64,000 bases of DNA, taken from the NCBI GenBank assembly GCA_964234715.1, contig OZ174277.1. The stretch is one strand, 5' to 3'. Below are positions 53,609 through 64,000 of the stretch, piece after piece. The position numbers and the translations under genes were made by a program. The DNA is from Podarcis melisellensis (taxonomy: Eukaryota). Every line of letters begins with the position of its first letter. The first letter of the stretch is position 1. Under the pieces are notes generated by a model, which made no database searches, was not told where the DNA came from, and worked only from the letters and a program-made list of their open reading frames with translations.

Positions 53609-53837
53609 CAGTCATACCTCATGTTGCGTCCGCTTCAGGTTACGTGTTTTCATGTTGTGCCCCGCAGCAACCCGGAAGTACCGAAACGGGTTACTTCTGG
53701 GTTTCGCCACTTGCGCCTGCACAGAAGCGCTAAATCACGCCATGCGCCTGCACAGAGACAGCACTTCAACTTGCGTCAGTTCCGTGTTACGGACAGGCCT
53801 CCGGAATGGATCCAGTCCATAAGACGAGGTTCCACTG
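53609..53837. mobile_element. Tigger-like MITE
   Basis: CAGTCATACCTC...GAGGTTCCACTG-TA. Confidence 0.8.
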
Positions 53838-54007
53838 TACTTCTACTTAGATGCAGAAACTATAGCTTACATTCATTGGCATAGCCTGGGGTGGCAGGCT
53901 TTGTTGAGGGGAAAGGCTTTTGTTAGGGGGCAGATTTGTATTGGTTTTTATTGATTTGGAGAGGGAACTGCCCCCCTGCCCCCCTTTGGCTATGTCCATG
54001 CTTAAGG

Positions 54008-54771
54008 TAGAAATGTAAAGTATTGCACTTGGGCAAAAAAAATGAGAGGCACAAATACAAGATGGGTGACACCTGGCTTGAGAGCAGTACATGTGAAAAG
54101 GATCTAGGAGTCTTGGTTGACCACAAACTTGACATGAGCCAACAGTGTGACGCGGCAGCTAAAAAAGCCAATGCAATTCTGGGCTGCATCAATAGGAGTA
54201 TAGCATCTAGATCAAGGGAAGTAATAGTGCCACTGTATTCTGCTCTGGTCAGACCTCACCTGGAGTACTGTGTCCAGTTCTGGGCACCACAGTTCAAGAA
54301 GGACACTGACAAACTGGAACGTGTCCAGAGGAGGGCAACCAAAATGGTCAAAGGCCTGGAAACGATGCCTTATGAGGAACGGCTAAGGGAGCTGGGCATG
54401 TTTAGCCTGGAGAAGAGGAGGTTAAGGGGTGATATGATAGCCATGTTCAAATATATAAAAGGATGTCACATAGAGGAGGGAGAAAGGTTGTTTTCTGCTG
54501 CTCCAGAGAAGCAGACACGGAGCAATGGATCCAAACTACAAGAAAGAAGATTCCACCTAAACATTAGGAAGAACTTCCTGACAGTAAGAGCTGTTCCGAC
54601 AGTGGAATTTGCTGCCAAGGAGTGTGGTGGAGTCTCCTTCTTTGGAGGTCTTTAAGCAGAGGCTTGACAACCATATGTCAGGAGTGCTCTGATGGTGTTT
54701 CCTGCTTGGCAGGGGGTTGGACTCGATGGCCCTTGTGGTCTCTTCCAACTCTATGATTCTATGATTCTATG
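54008..54771 (+). mobile_element. CR1 LINE, 5'-truncated, young
   Basis: KCKVLHLG...EKDLGVLVD...[19 protein letters not shown]...[11 protein letters not shown]...RRLRGDMI open for about 195 codons, one frameshift near 54597, (ATTCTATG)n tail. Confidence 0.95.
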
Positions 54772-55401
54772 GTAGGCATTGATATGGCTCCAGAAACTAA
54801 AATATGAACCTGGATTAATCACAGCTCATATAATAAACTTTGTTGAACATTTATTTTTATTATATCTCCACCTGTCATTACATTTTCATTGGCAAGGTTA
54901 ACATACAAATGTTCCAGTTTTAACATTTGGAAGATCTTTTTAAAAACTCACATTTCAGTGCCTGAAAATGATTCATGTTGATATTACTTCTCTCACTGAT
55001 GTAATAAAAGTAGTCTGTCAAATTTTAGATCAATTAAATTAACCTAATACTGATCTAAGCTATGTCTTAATGAAACACATTGCAGTTATTGCAAGCAAAG
55101 CATCTGGAATCCATAGGCAAATATACATAAATAATCCCAAATAAATTCCCTGAAATTCAGGAACTCCTTGCTTATTCCAAAGCACACAGTTTCAGTAAAT
55201 GCAATGATTGCCCTTGTCCAAGTCAAGAAAGCAAGTAAGAGCTGTCTGCACATCCAAACTTCCAAAGAGCTCTGAGCTGAAGCCAAAGTGTTTTACCCTG
55301 ATAGTTCTCCATACTGCTTAATTTAAACTCTTTATAAAGTATATATGAACAGTATACAAGTTAAGACAGAAGTTCCTAAATTTAACCTGCAGGATTACTC
55401 A

Positions 55402-55432
55402 TTTGTTTGTTTGTTTGTTTGTTTGTTTGTTT
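55402..55432. repeat. (TTTG)n microsatellite
   Basis: Direct reading. Confidence 0.95.
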
Positions 55433-56571
55433 GAATTCATTGCAGGGTCTGGTATGCTTACATGTCAAATAGGTAGAACAGAAGCTAAATCAAACTAAAT
55501 AATAATAATTGCTTTTGGCTGGTCAGAAGGTCTTCTTGACTCAGATCTCTCAATCCATCAATGATCATAGTCAATGAATGTTGATAAATTGGAAAGTTGT
55601 GGAAGGCTGGAATATGTATTTCACTGAGATGGGGGGGGGTAGCAAATGTGAAATAGTAACCTCTGGATAAATAAGCCCTTCATTGGTCTGCAACATTCAA
55701 CTTTTCCAACTTGGCAAAATGGAATGATTAAAGCTGCAATCCTATATACGCTTAGCTGGCAGCAGTGAGCTCACTGGGATTGTGCTGAGAGGAAACCTAA
55801 CCCCCAAAGTTAAGGTGCAGGGAGCCCCACACCCAAATAGGGAAATAGTAGGCTGAAACTCGGCATAGTATATTAGTTTTGCAAAAACATGTCCCTTATT
55901 CACTTCCAAATAAGCTAGGAACCTTTTCTGACCTTCAGTACTTAGCAGTTAAGACCCTAGCTACACGTATTATTTAGGATTACAGCTCATAACAGGTCAA
56001 TAAAAGTATTACTAGCACAATCATACGCACGCTTACTTGGAAGTAAGTGCAGAAACTGAGAAAAGTCAGGGAGAGGGACAATCCTGTCTCATCAAAATGC
56101 CATCCAGCATGGCACACTGAAGGTTTTGATTGCTTTCTCAATAAATTGTATTTTGTGCAGGTGAAAGCCCCCACAAGGGAAAGAAAGTACACAAGTCTTT
56201 GCTACATTTCTGACCCAGATACTGTAATAGCAAACTCAGGAGGTGAGTTCCAAGAGGACTGTAACCAAAGAGGGTGACTAGGAAACAAGACAAAGGTGTC
56301 CTCATGCTGGATAGAACCCCAAATATTGGAGAAATATATATATATTGCCCTCTCCAAAACTGGCAGGGTGTTGGGAAACAGAAAAAAAAATGCTTGAGAG
56401 ACTAGATCAGGCCCCTGAACTGGTGGTTAGCCACCCCTGTTAAAACTTTAAACATATAGGCTTGGACTCTAGTTGATTTCCAAAATGGATTATTTATTTC
56501 ATTCAGATTTTTAATTTAATTTCATTTTATTTTCTGGGAGGAGATATCTGGGTTTGGCAGATAGAACAGAG

Positions 56572-56825
56572 CAGGGGTCAGCAAACTTTTTCAGCAGGGC
56601 TCCGGTCCACTGTCCCTCAGAAGACCTTGTGGGGGGCCAGGCTATATTTTTTTAAGGGGAAATGGACGAATTCCTATGCCTCACAAATAACCCAGAGATG
56701 CATTTTAAATAAAAGCACACATTCTACTCATGTAAAAACACGCAGATTCCTGGACCGTCTACGGGCCGGATTGAGAAGGCGATTGGGCCACATCCGGCCC
56801 CTGGGTCTTAGTTTGCCTATCCATG
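56572..56825. mobile_element. hAT-like MITE (inverted relative to 39330 and 58701)
   Basis: CAGGGGTCAGCAAAC...GTTTGCCTATCCATG; flanks gaacagag/gaatagac. Confidence 0.82.
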
Positions 56826-56972
56826 GAATAGACAGAGGGTTCTAGTAACCCCCATTTCACTCCAGTGAAAATAATGGATCACAGAAAATAATGTAAACTC
56901 AATCCAAGGTTAAATTTATATGTAACCACTTATATAACTTTGATCGTCCAAACACAAGAGGTGCTCATCTTG

Positions 56973-56976
<4 letters not shown>

Positions 56977-57018
<42 letters not shown>
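56977..57018. repeat. (AT)n microsatellite
   Basis: Direct reading. Confidence 0.95.
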
Positions 57019-57020
<2 letters not shown>

Positions 57021-57294
57021 TCCCCAAGCTTCCAGGACAGGCGCCCCTTGAAGCGAAGCTGGAGAAGGAACAGAAGGAGACCCTTCTGTTCCTCCTCCAG
57101 CTTCGCAGGACAAGCGCGTTGCTGAAGGGGTGCTGCTGGAGAAGGGTCTCCTTCTGTTCCTCCTCCCGCTTCGCTGAACAGGCGTTGCACAGCTCTCCCT
57201 CTCTGCGCAGCACCATTCGCTCCATAAGACGCACCAACATTTCCCCTTACCTTTTAGGAGGAACAAAGTGCGTCTTATGGAGCGAAAAATACGG
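57019..57294. mobile_element. One end of a Tc1/mariner-type non-autonomous element
   Basis: Ends GTGCGTCTTATGGAGCGAAAAATACGG-TA, with an internal inverted subterminal copy TTCGCTCCATAAGACGCAC. Confidence 0.65.
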
Positions 57295-58700
57295 TAATTC
57301 ACATGCCTGTCTGAGCAGGCTGTGGGAACGGAAAACAGCCTTATCTCTCTTTCACTATATGTATTTTGTAATGTATTTCTGCTTTTACTTCGTTATAAAT
57401 AGTAGATTAGACTATGATGTTTCACGCTTCTTGCTGTATTATACTAGATGATTAGTGTGCATCAATCAAGCTGGTTTATGTTGCTAAGCACACTGGATGA
57501 GCAGGGAGATGCCTCTTCCAGCGTTGCGCATACTGGAGGATGCTCGGAGTTCTGGGGGTTAGCAGGCACCCCTGGGCATTTTCCAACACACTGCACTCTG
57601 CAACTATTCTACAAATGATTTAGTATAACAATATTAAGTTTGCATGCCTTAATGAGGAAAATCCAAGAAAGCCCCAGTAAGGAGATTGCCTATCTCTTCC
57701 AGTTCCATCAGTTTAAAAACAACCTTTGAGATTGTAACACACACGGCTATTTTCAAGTCCTAAACAAAAGATTAAATACATTTAAGAAAAACAGAATAAA
57801 CATTATAAATGTGTGATAAACCCACTGATTTCAAATGTTGATAAAAAGAGGTGAATGGACAGAAGACACCATGTACAATAACACCAGGTGACTTTTTTTG
57901 GTACAGAGTAAGGGAACTCATTTATAAACATGAATGTGTCCCAACTCAGAACTTTTTAGTTTGAGGATAGGATGGTTACTCCGGTGTATGTATATGCATG
58001 AAATGCACTATACACACATATGTCTGACATTAAGACATGATGCTTCCTCGGGTATCATTTGAAGTTATGTTGTAAACCCATGAATACATGACACATTCTT
58101 ATTCTAATTATATATGCCAGAATGGAAGCATATAATGTTGGGAAAACAATGTAGGAAGGCATTTCAATATAGACTGTCAAAGGAAAAGCTCAATGGTGGC
58201 ACTTTCCAAGTACCAGCTATCAGGTGCATTTAATATGCTTAGCACATATTAGTATGGAAGGACAAATGGAGGCAGCTGTGAAGGCAAAGTGTATATATAA
58301 CCCTTCAAAATAAATCACATATACACCCTTCATCCGAGGATCACAGGGCAGTTTTCAATATAAAAAACACAAAAAGTAGTAGTAGTACATAGTAGTAATG
58401 CCTTGCCAATCTGGCTGGGTAACATAGTACAAAACAAAACCCTTCCACTAGTCTGTCCCCGCTGGATCTTCTTATATGTTTCTTTTCCTATTTGTCTTTT
58501 TCAGAGTTTAGAAGCAATGGACCAAAATAATTTAATATTGAAACAACGCTAGCGGTGAATCACTTTTACTTCCGAATAGTATTCTCCCTGATTTTGCCAT
58601 CAGCATTTTGTCTCATTTCTCATTCTGCAGCTGAAATATACCTTAAGATCAAAAGAATCATAATACATGAATAGTACTTTATCTCGGATCTAACCTAGGA

Positions 58701-59179
58701 CACGGGTAGGCAAACTAAGTCCTGGGGGTCAGATCTGGCCCAATCGCCTTCTAAATGCGGCCCGTAGACGGTCCAGGAATCAGCATGTTTTTACATGAGT
58801 AGAATTTGTCCTTTTATTTAAATGCATTTCTGGGTTATCTGTGAGGCATAGGAATTCGTTCATATACAGTGGTACCTCGGGTTAAGTACTTAATTCGTTC
58901 CGGAGGTCCGTCCTTAACCTGAAACCATTCTTAACCTGAAGCACCACTTTAGCTAATGGGGCCTCCCGCTGCCGCCATGCCACCGGAGCGCGATTTCTGT
59001 TCTCATCCTGAAGCAAAGTTCTTAACCCAAGGTACTATTTCTGGGTTAGCAGAGTCTGTAACCTGAAGCATATGTAACCTGAGGTACCACTGTATTTTTT
59101 TTCAAAATATAGTTTGACCCCCCACAAGGTCTGAGGGACAGCGGACCGGCCTCCTGCTGAAAAAGTTTGCTGACCCCTG
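58701..59179. mobile_element. hAT-like MITE interrupted by a Tigger-like MITE (58867-59092)
   Basis: Outer halves match 39330-39580; the inner element has TA flanks and CAGTGGTACCTC/GAGGTACCACTG TIRs. Confidence 0.85.
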
Positions 59180-59407
59180 AGGTAGAGAATGCAGCAACTT
59201 TGGAAGGATCTCTCCAAGCCTTGTCTTTTTATCAGATATTTTCCTGTTCAAAATACAAGATGCCACTCTCTAAATGGATTCATGTCACAAATTTGAAACC
59301 ACTTGGTGTGTTTTTTAAAAAAGCTTTGATGGGGTGAATTGGTGCCTAAGGTTGGGTAGGACTTCACTGGCCATTCCTTGCCTATTAATTTTACTGGTGG
59401 AAAGCTA

Positions 59408-59774
59408 AAAGGTAAAGGTAAAGGTACCCCTGCCCGTATGGGCCAGTCTTGACAGACTCTGGGGTTGTGCGCCCATCTCACTTAAGAGGCCAGGGGCCAG
59501 CGCTGTCCGGAGACACTTCCGGGTCACGTGGCCAGCGTGACATCGCTGCTCTGGCGAGCCAGAGCTGCACACGGAAACGCCGTTTACCTTCCCGCTAGTA
59601 AGCGGTCCCTATTTATCTACTTGCACCCGGAGGTGCTTTCGAACTGCTAGGTTGGCAGGCGCTGGGACCGAGCAACGGGAGCGCACCCCGCCGCGGGGAT
59701 TCGAACCGCCGACCTTTCGATCGGCAAGCCCTAGGCGCTGAGGCTTTTACCCACAGCGCCACCCGCGTCCCTTT
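59408..59774 (-). mobile_element. Sauria SINE, full length, young
   Basis: Intact tRNA-like head, (ACCTTT)n tail, 13-bp TSD TGGTGGAAAGCTA at 59395-59407 and 59775-59787; CpGs retained. Confidence 0.93.
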
Positions 59775-60367
59775 TGGTGGAAAGCTAGCCTTTTAATATT
59801 ATTTTAATAGCTTACAAGTCCTCAAGAGGGTCAGTAACTTGTACACTGAATTGGGACAAAAGTTGGTTTTTTAAAACCACACTAAATAAGTCTATGGTAT
59901 TAACGACTTTTTCATATGAATGGCTGCTGTTAACATATCAGTGTGTCTGTCTGTTCTCAATTTCATTCCTTCCGACCTCAATGTTTATAACTCCACTCCA
60001 CCCTGCCACCTTCCATATATCTGTCTATAAAATTATTCATGATAACACTTTGTGCATCTGATAAAATGGACTGATGATGCTGGTCAGTCTAGAGAAGAAC
60101 CAGCAGTTCGTGGAACCTACTTGCCCTCTGTGGGGTTCGCAGGATACAACCTTCCATGGAAAGAAAGGGCAAGGGAGATAAATTGTGGGCGGAAAGGATT
60201 GCCTGCAAACAGCGCCCTAAGGCTCAAAAGGGGTGGAAGGTATTTGTGTAAGAAGAATTAAAGCAGTGGGTGATATCCTCTGGAAAGGGAACTATGGGGT
60301 CACAGCTCATGCCAATTTGGGGAGGGTGAGGAAAAGGGAGAGGAAAGGGGTTATGACAAAGGATGGC

Positions 60368-60709
60368 AGACCCTCCAAGTGTCCCTATTTTCCAGGGATG
60401 TCCCTGATTTAGAGAAGCCGTCCCAGTTTCTGATTTGATCCTGGAAAGTCCCACTTTTCCTTCGGACGTCCCTATTTTCATTGGAGAAATGTTGGAGGCT
60501 ATGGAGTTATTGACCTCCAAGCCGTCTGAAGGCAATTCTGTATAGGGAAGTTTTTTTAATGTTTAATTTTTTAATGATGTTTTTATATATGTTGGAAGCT
60601 GCCCAGAGTGGCTGGGGCAGCCCAGTAAGATGTGTGGAGTATAAAGAGTAAAATTATCATTATGGAATGGGATGTCCCTATTTTCATCGGAGAACTGTTG
60701 GAGGGTCTG
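60368..60709. mobile_element. Small TIR element abutting the CpG island
   Basis: CAGACCCTCCAA...TTGGAGGGTCTG termini; internal repeats of GTCCCTATTTTC. Confidence 0.6.
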
Positions 60710-60719
60710 GCACAGGCAC

Positions 60720-61760
60720 CGGCTCCCTGGGCGCCCGAGCACCCACCCAATGCCCCCCCAAGGGCCGGGAATCCAAGCCGGCGCTCCTGAGAGGAAGGCA
60801 GCCCGAGCCCACAGATAAGGTGCAGGAGGAGGAGGAAGGAAGAGGAGAGTATCTCCTGCAAAGCGCGCTAGGGAAGAAATGTGCGGGGCTACTGAGGGCC
60901 AGAGGGTGGCCCCCGCTTTCTCTCTCTCACCCCCGCCTTTCCTGAGGGGTCGCATCCGGCGGCGGCTGCAGGAGCGCCCTTCCGGGATCCAGCCCGCTCG
61001 GGGCCTGGAATTCATGGCGGGGCCGACGAGGAGGCCTCCTCCGCCCGCCGCCCCGGCCCCTCCGTACCTGCGGGAAGAAGCTGGCAAGGCGGCGCCGCGG
61101 CCTAGCGCCTCCCAAGCGACACGTCGCCACCATGGAGCGGCTCTCCGGGCTGCCGGCTGGGCCCAGGGCGGGCGGCGATGCGGCAGCGAGCAGAGCGGCC
61201 CCGGCAAGCGCCGCCTCTCCCGCAGCCCCGGCCAGGAGGAGGAGGAGGAGCCGCCGCCTCTTCCGCCCCTGCTCGGCCCAGCTGCAGCCCGCGGAGCGGC
61301 GGGCAAAGGGCCTGCTGCGCCGGGCGGCCCCGGAGAGAGAGATTTCGCGGCCAGCGCATCGCCCCCCACTTCCCTCCCTGTCAGCAAAATGCAGCCGCCG
61401 TCTATGAAAGAATAAGCAACGTTTTACCTCAGAAATCAGCTGCCTTCGGGGTCAGCGCCGCTTCCTTTCCAAATGTTGACCCGTCTCGCCCGTGGCGTAT
61501 AAAAGGGCGCCCAGGCTGCTCATAGCAAAACATTCAAATCGGAAGCAAAGAGAGAAAACGGCGAAGAGGGGGAAAACCGCCTCAGCAAAACAGACCGGCG
61601 GCTGCAGGAGCGCCGCAAAACCGCAGCCTATAAGTTCCTCTCGCGAATACTACTCCGGGTAGAGCCACGTTTCTGCAGCCAAGGAGCCGAGAGAGAGCCT
61701 TGCGGGGACCCAGGCGGAGAAGGCGCAGACCTGAAGACGCCCGGATCCCAGCTTGCAAGA
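60720..61760. promoter_or_regulatory. CpG island / VPS54 promoter
   Basis: Very high GC and CpG density relative to the AT-rich flanks; CGGAAG (ETS-like) near 61540, TCTCGCGA near 61639, TATAAAAG at 61498. Confidence 0.88.
61068..61430 (-). other. VPS54: Probable non-coding VPS54 exon 1 (5' end approximate)
   Basis: CAG|GTACGG donor at 61068/61067 inside the CpG island; the TSS cannot be determined from sequence. Confidence 0.65.
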
Positions 61761-62925
61761 GACTGAAATGTCCAAATAAGAATAAGACCTTAACTGGGAT
61801 CAATGGGCCTTGCTCTCCATAAACACGCTCTGGATGGGACTCCCCAGCTCCCTTCCTCTCCGCATTTCATCCTCCCTTCTCCGCCTCCCTGTCACACCTG
61901 CAAACATTTTCATAAAGTGTAGCATCTCCCTTTCCCATTTTCTGTCTTGGAGAAAGGCAAAGCTTTCGTGCATTTACTTTAAGGAATTTTTAAAGTATTT
62001 TGAAATAAAATGGTAAATTATAGGTAACTGCTCTCTTGTCATAAATATTACATGGTTTTATTCCAGTTTGCGTACCTTTAAAAAACTACTCCATGTTTCA
62101 AGATGCAATGTCATTTTATTGTCTTATTTACTTATGCAATAAACAGAAATTATCAGGGTAGTTTACAATAAAAGGACCCCAAAAGTTGTCTGTGGACAAA
62201 CACCGGCTCTCCCGGCCTGAAGCGAGATGAGCACCCCAGAGTCACCTTGGACTGGAATTAACAGTCATGGGGTCCTCTACAGTGGGAGGCAGTGGGGCTT
62301 CTGAAAAGTTACTGGAAAACACAGGAAGGGAGAGCATTCTTGTATTTGGGTCCATAGGTATCTGGTTGGCCACTGGTAGAACAGAATGCTTGATCCAGCA
62401 GGTTCATCTTAAATGATTAAAAGCCTGGTTCTTGCCGCACCAAGCACTAAAAGTAGAATGAAGTAGGTGCCAGGCCAGTCTCTCAGGGAATAAAGTTCCA
62501 CAGATGCAACACTACTACAGAGAAGACCCCTGTGGAATAAATAAGGAAGAAATAGTAAAAATGACCGTGCCTGCCTTAAGACACTAAGGTTCTGCGAACA
62601 AAGGTTCTCAAGCAGCCCAAAGGAGGGGCCCCTTCGGAGAACTTTATCTACAACCTGAGTTGTTTATGTCTTACAACTTGAGTTGCTGGAGAAACTGCAA
62701 ACGAGATAAAGTAGATGTTGGACTCGACAAGCTAGAATACTCCCTAAGAGGCTCCTTTCCTTGCTAGTGTTACAATTAAGTATAGAATGTGTTAAAAGTA
62801 GATTGTTAGCCTTGAAAGAGGGATAGATTAATAGTTTAGAGGTGATTCGAGAGAACAAGGAGAAATAGCAGGTGATAGTTTAAGAACTATTACACGTGCT
62901 TCATGAATATTATAGAACACACCCC

Positions 62926-63270
62926 TGTTGGAGAAACGGCTAATTTGAATGGACATGGGATGTATGTTATTGGTGGGGGTACTTATTAGAGGGACATATG
63001 ATGTAGGCAGATCAGGAAGCCTGTAAACTGCAATTTCTTAACCAATAGGAATTGTAGGAGGGATATTTGAATGGTTTTAGGTTATAAATTATGTGTGATG
63101 TAAGCTGAAAGATGCACTGCTCCTTTATAGCATGAGCCGATGGGTTGCCCATGCAGTGCTATTACAACAATAAATCTGGCTATGCCTGATTGTGGTGTAG
63201 ACTCCTTTTTTACACAGAGTAAATTGACACCGTCTGGGTAAAGATCCCTTGGGACAGAATTTGTCCAACA
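62926..63270 (+). mobile_element. Solo LTR-like element (related start also at about 62684)
   Basis: TGTTGGA...TCCAACA termini, CCAAT near 63042, TATA-like near 63083, AATAAA near 63168, flanks acccc/accct. Confidence 0.65.
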
Positions 63271-63521
63271 ACCCTCTTCTATGTTGCCCTACTGGCTCCC
63301 GGGAATGGCCAGGGCCCAGAATGGGCAAAGACTCATCCTGCTACACCATCCTTAGTTTTCATAGAGAACATTAAAAGAGCAGGAGAGGTAGATTAGAGTT
63401 TCTTCCAGATTAAGGGAACTATTGTTGAGAGATCCTTGCTTGAAGGTCCCCCAAATTGTGGACCACCAATGTAGAACAGGCAGCCCTTTTTAACTTGGAA
63501 GAGGGTTGGTAAATCTCATTA

Positions 63522-63745
63522 CTGTGGTACCTCGGGTTACATACGCTTCAGGTTACAGACTGCTAACCCAGAAATAGTACCTCAGGTTAAGAACTTTGCT
63601 TCAGGATGAGAACAGAAATCGTGCTCTGGCAGCGCAGCGGCAGCAGGAGGCCCCATTAGCTAAAGTGGTGCTTCAGGTTAAGAACAGTTTCAGGTTAAGA
63701 ATAGACCTCCAGAACAAATTAAGTTCTTAACCCGAGGTACCACTG
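63522..63745. mobile_element. Tigger-like MITE
   Basis: TA-CTGTGGTACCTCGGG...CCCGAGGTACCACTG-TA; inverted copy of the 15057 family. Confidence 0.88.
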
Positions 63746-64000
63746 TACAGGGTAGCACACTGTACAAGTGACCTTAAGTATAAGCAGGTCATAGCTTATA
63801 GCCATTTCAATCTGGCTCAAGACCCTGTTCTGGCAGTGTTGAAAAGACTGGTTGTTTAGGTTGATGACTGGTATTGGGAGATGGATAGGAAGAGCGTGAC
63901 CCTGTTTTGCTATTATCAACCTCCTGAAGAAGCTATTTAAATAAAACTCAGTTGCACATTATATTTTACTAAAATTGGCAGTTTCTCCATTAATTGGGGA

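Noticed and set aside
60045-60110. Possible second hammerhead (CTGATAA / CTGATGA motifs) in a degenerate Penelope-like end
   Set aside because: The core is mutated and there is no correctly placed GAAA or helix I/III pairing.
60563-61525. Long ORFs (274 aa, 178 aa and others) in the CpG island
   Set aside because: Low-complexity G/P/A/R translations expected from stop-poor GC-rich DNA; they run into a TE and match no family I recognise.

Overview
Vertebrate (squamate reptile, most likely a lacertid lizard, inferred from Sauria SINEs plus CR1/L2/L1 and Tigger-/hAT-like MITEs) genomic DNA with two convergent, conserved-syntenic genes. (1) The 3' part of UGP2 (UDP-glucose pyrophosphorylase) on the + strand: 7 coding exons, 503-16386, equivalent to human exons 4-10. 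(2) The complete VPS54 gene (GARP complex subunit) on the - strand: a probable non-coding exon 1 in a CpG island at about 61068-61430, and 22 coding exons from 51793 to 18349 that splice to 2934 nt (977 aa). All introns are GT-AG. The introns are packed with transposable elements. Nearly all long ORFs in the ORF track outside these exons are artefacts of repeats or GC-rich DNA. The most notable observations are: a displaced partial copy of VPS54 exon 19 that carries both splice sites and is in frame; a minimal hammerhead ribozyme motif in a Penelope-like fragment, sense to the VPS54 pre-mRNA; a 1.05-kb self-similar palindromic TA-flanked MITE; a splice-dependent uORF architecture in the VPS54 leader; and a 2.3-kb hAT element with a perfect 8-bp TSD. 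I found no evidence for a new protein-coding system. Exon numbers are by analogy with the human genes.
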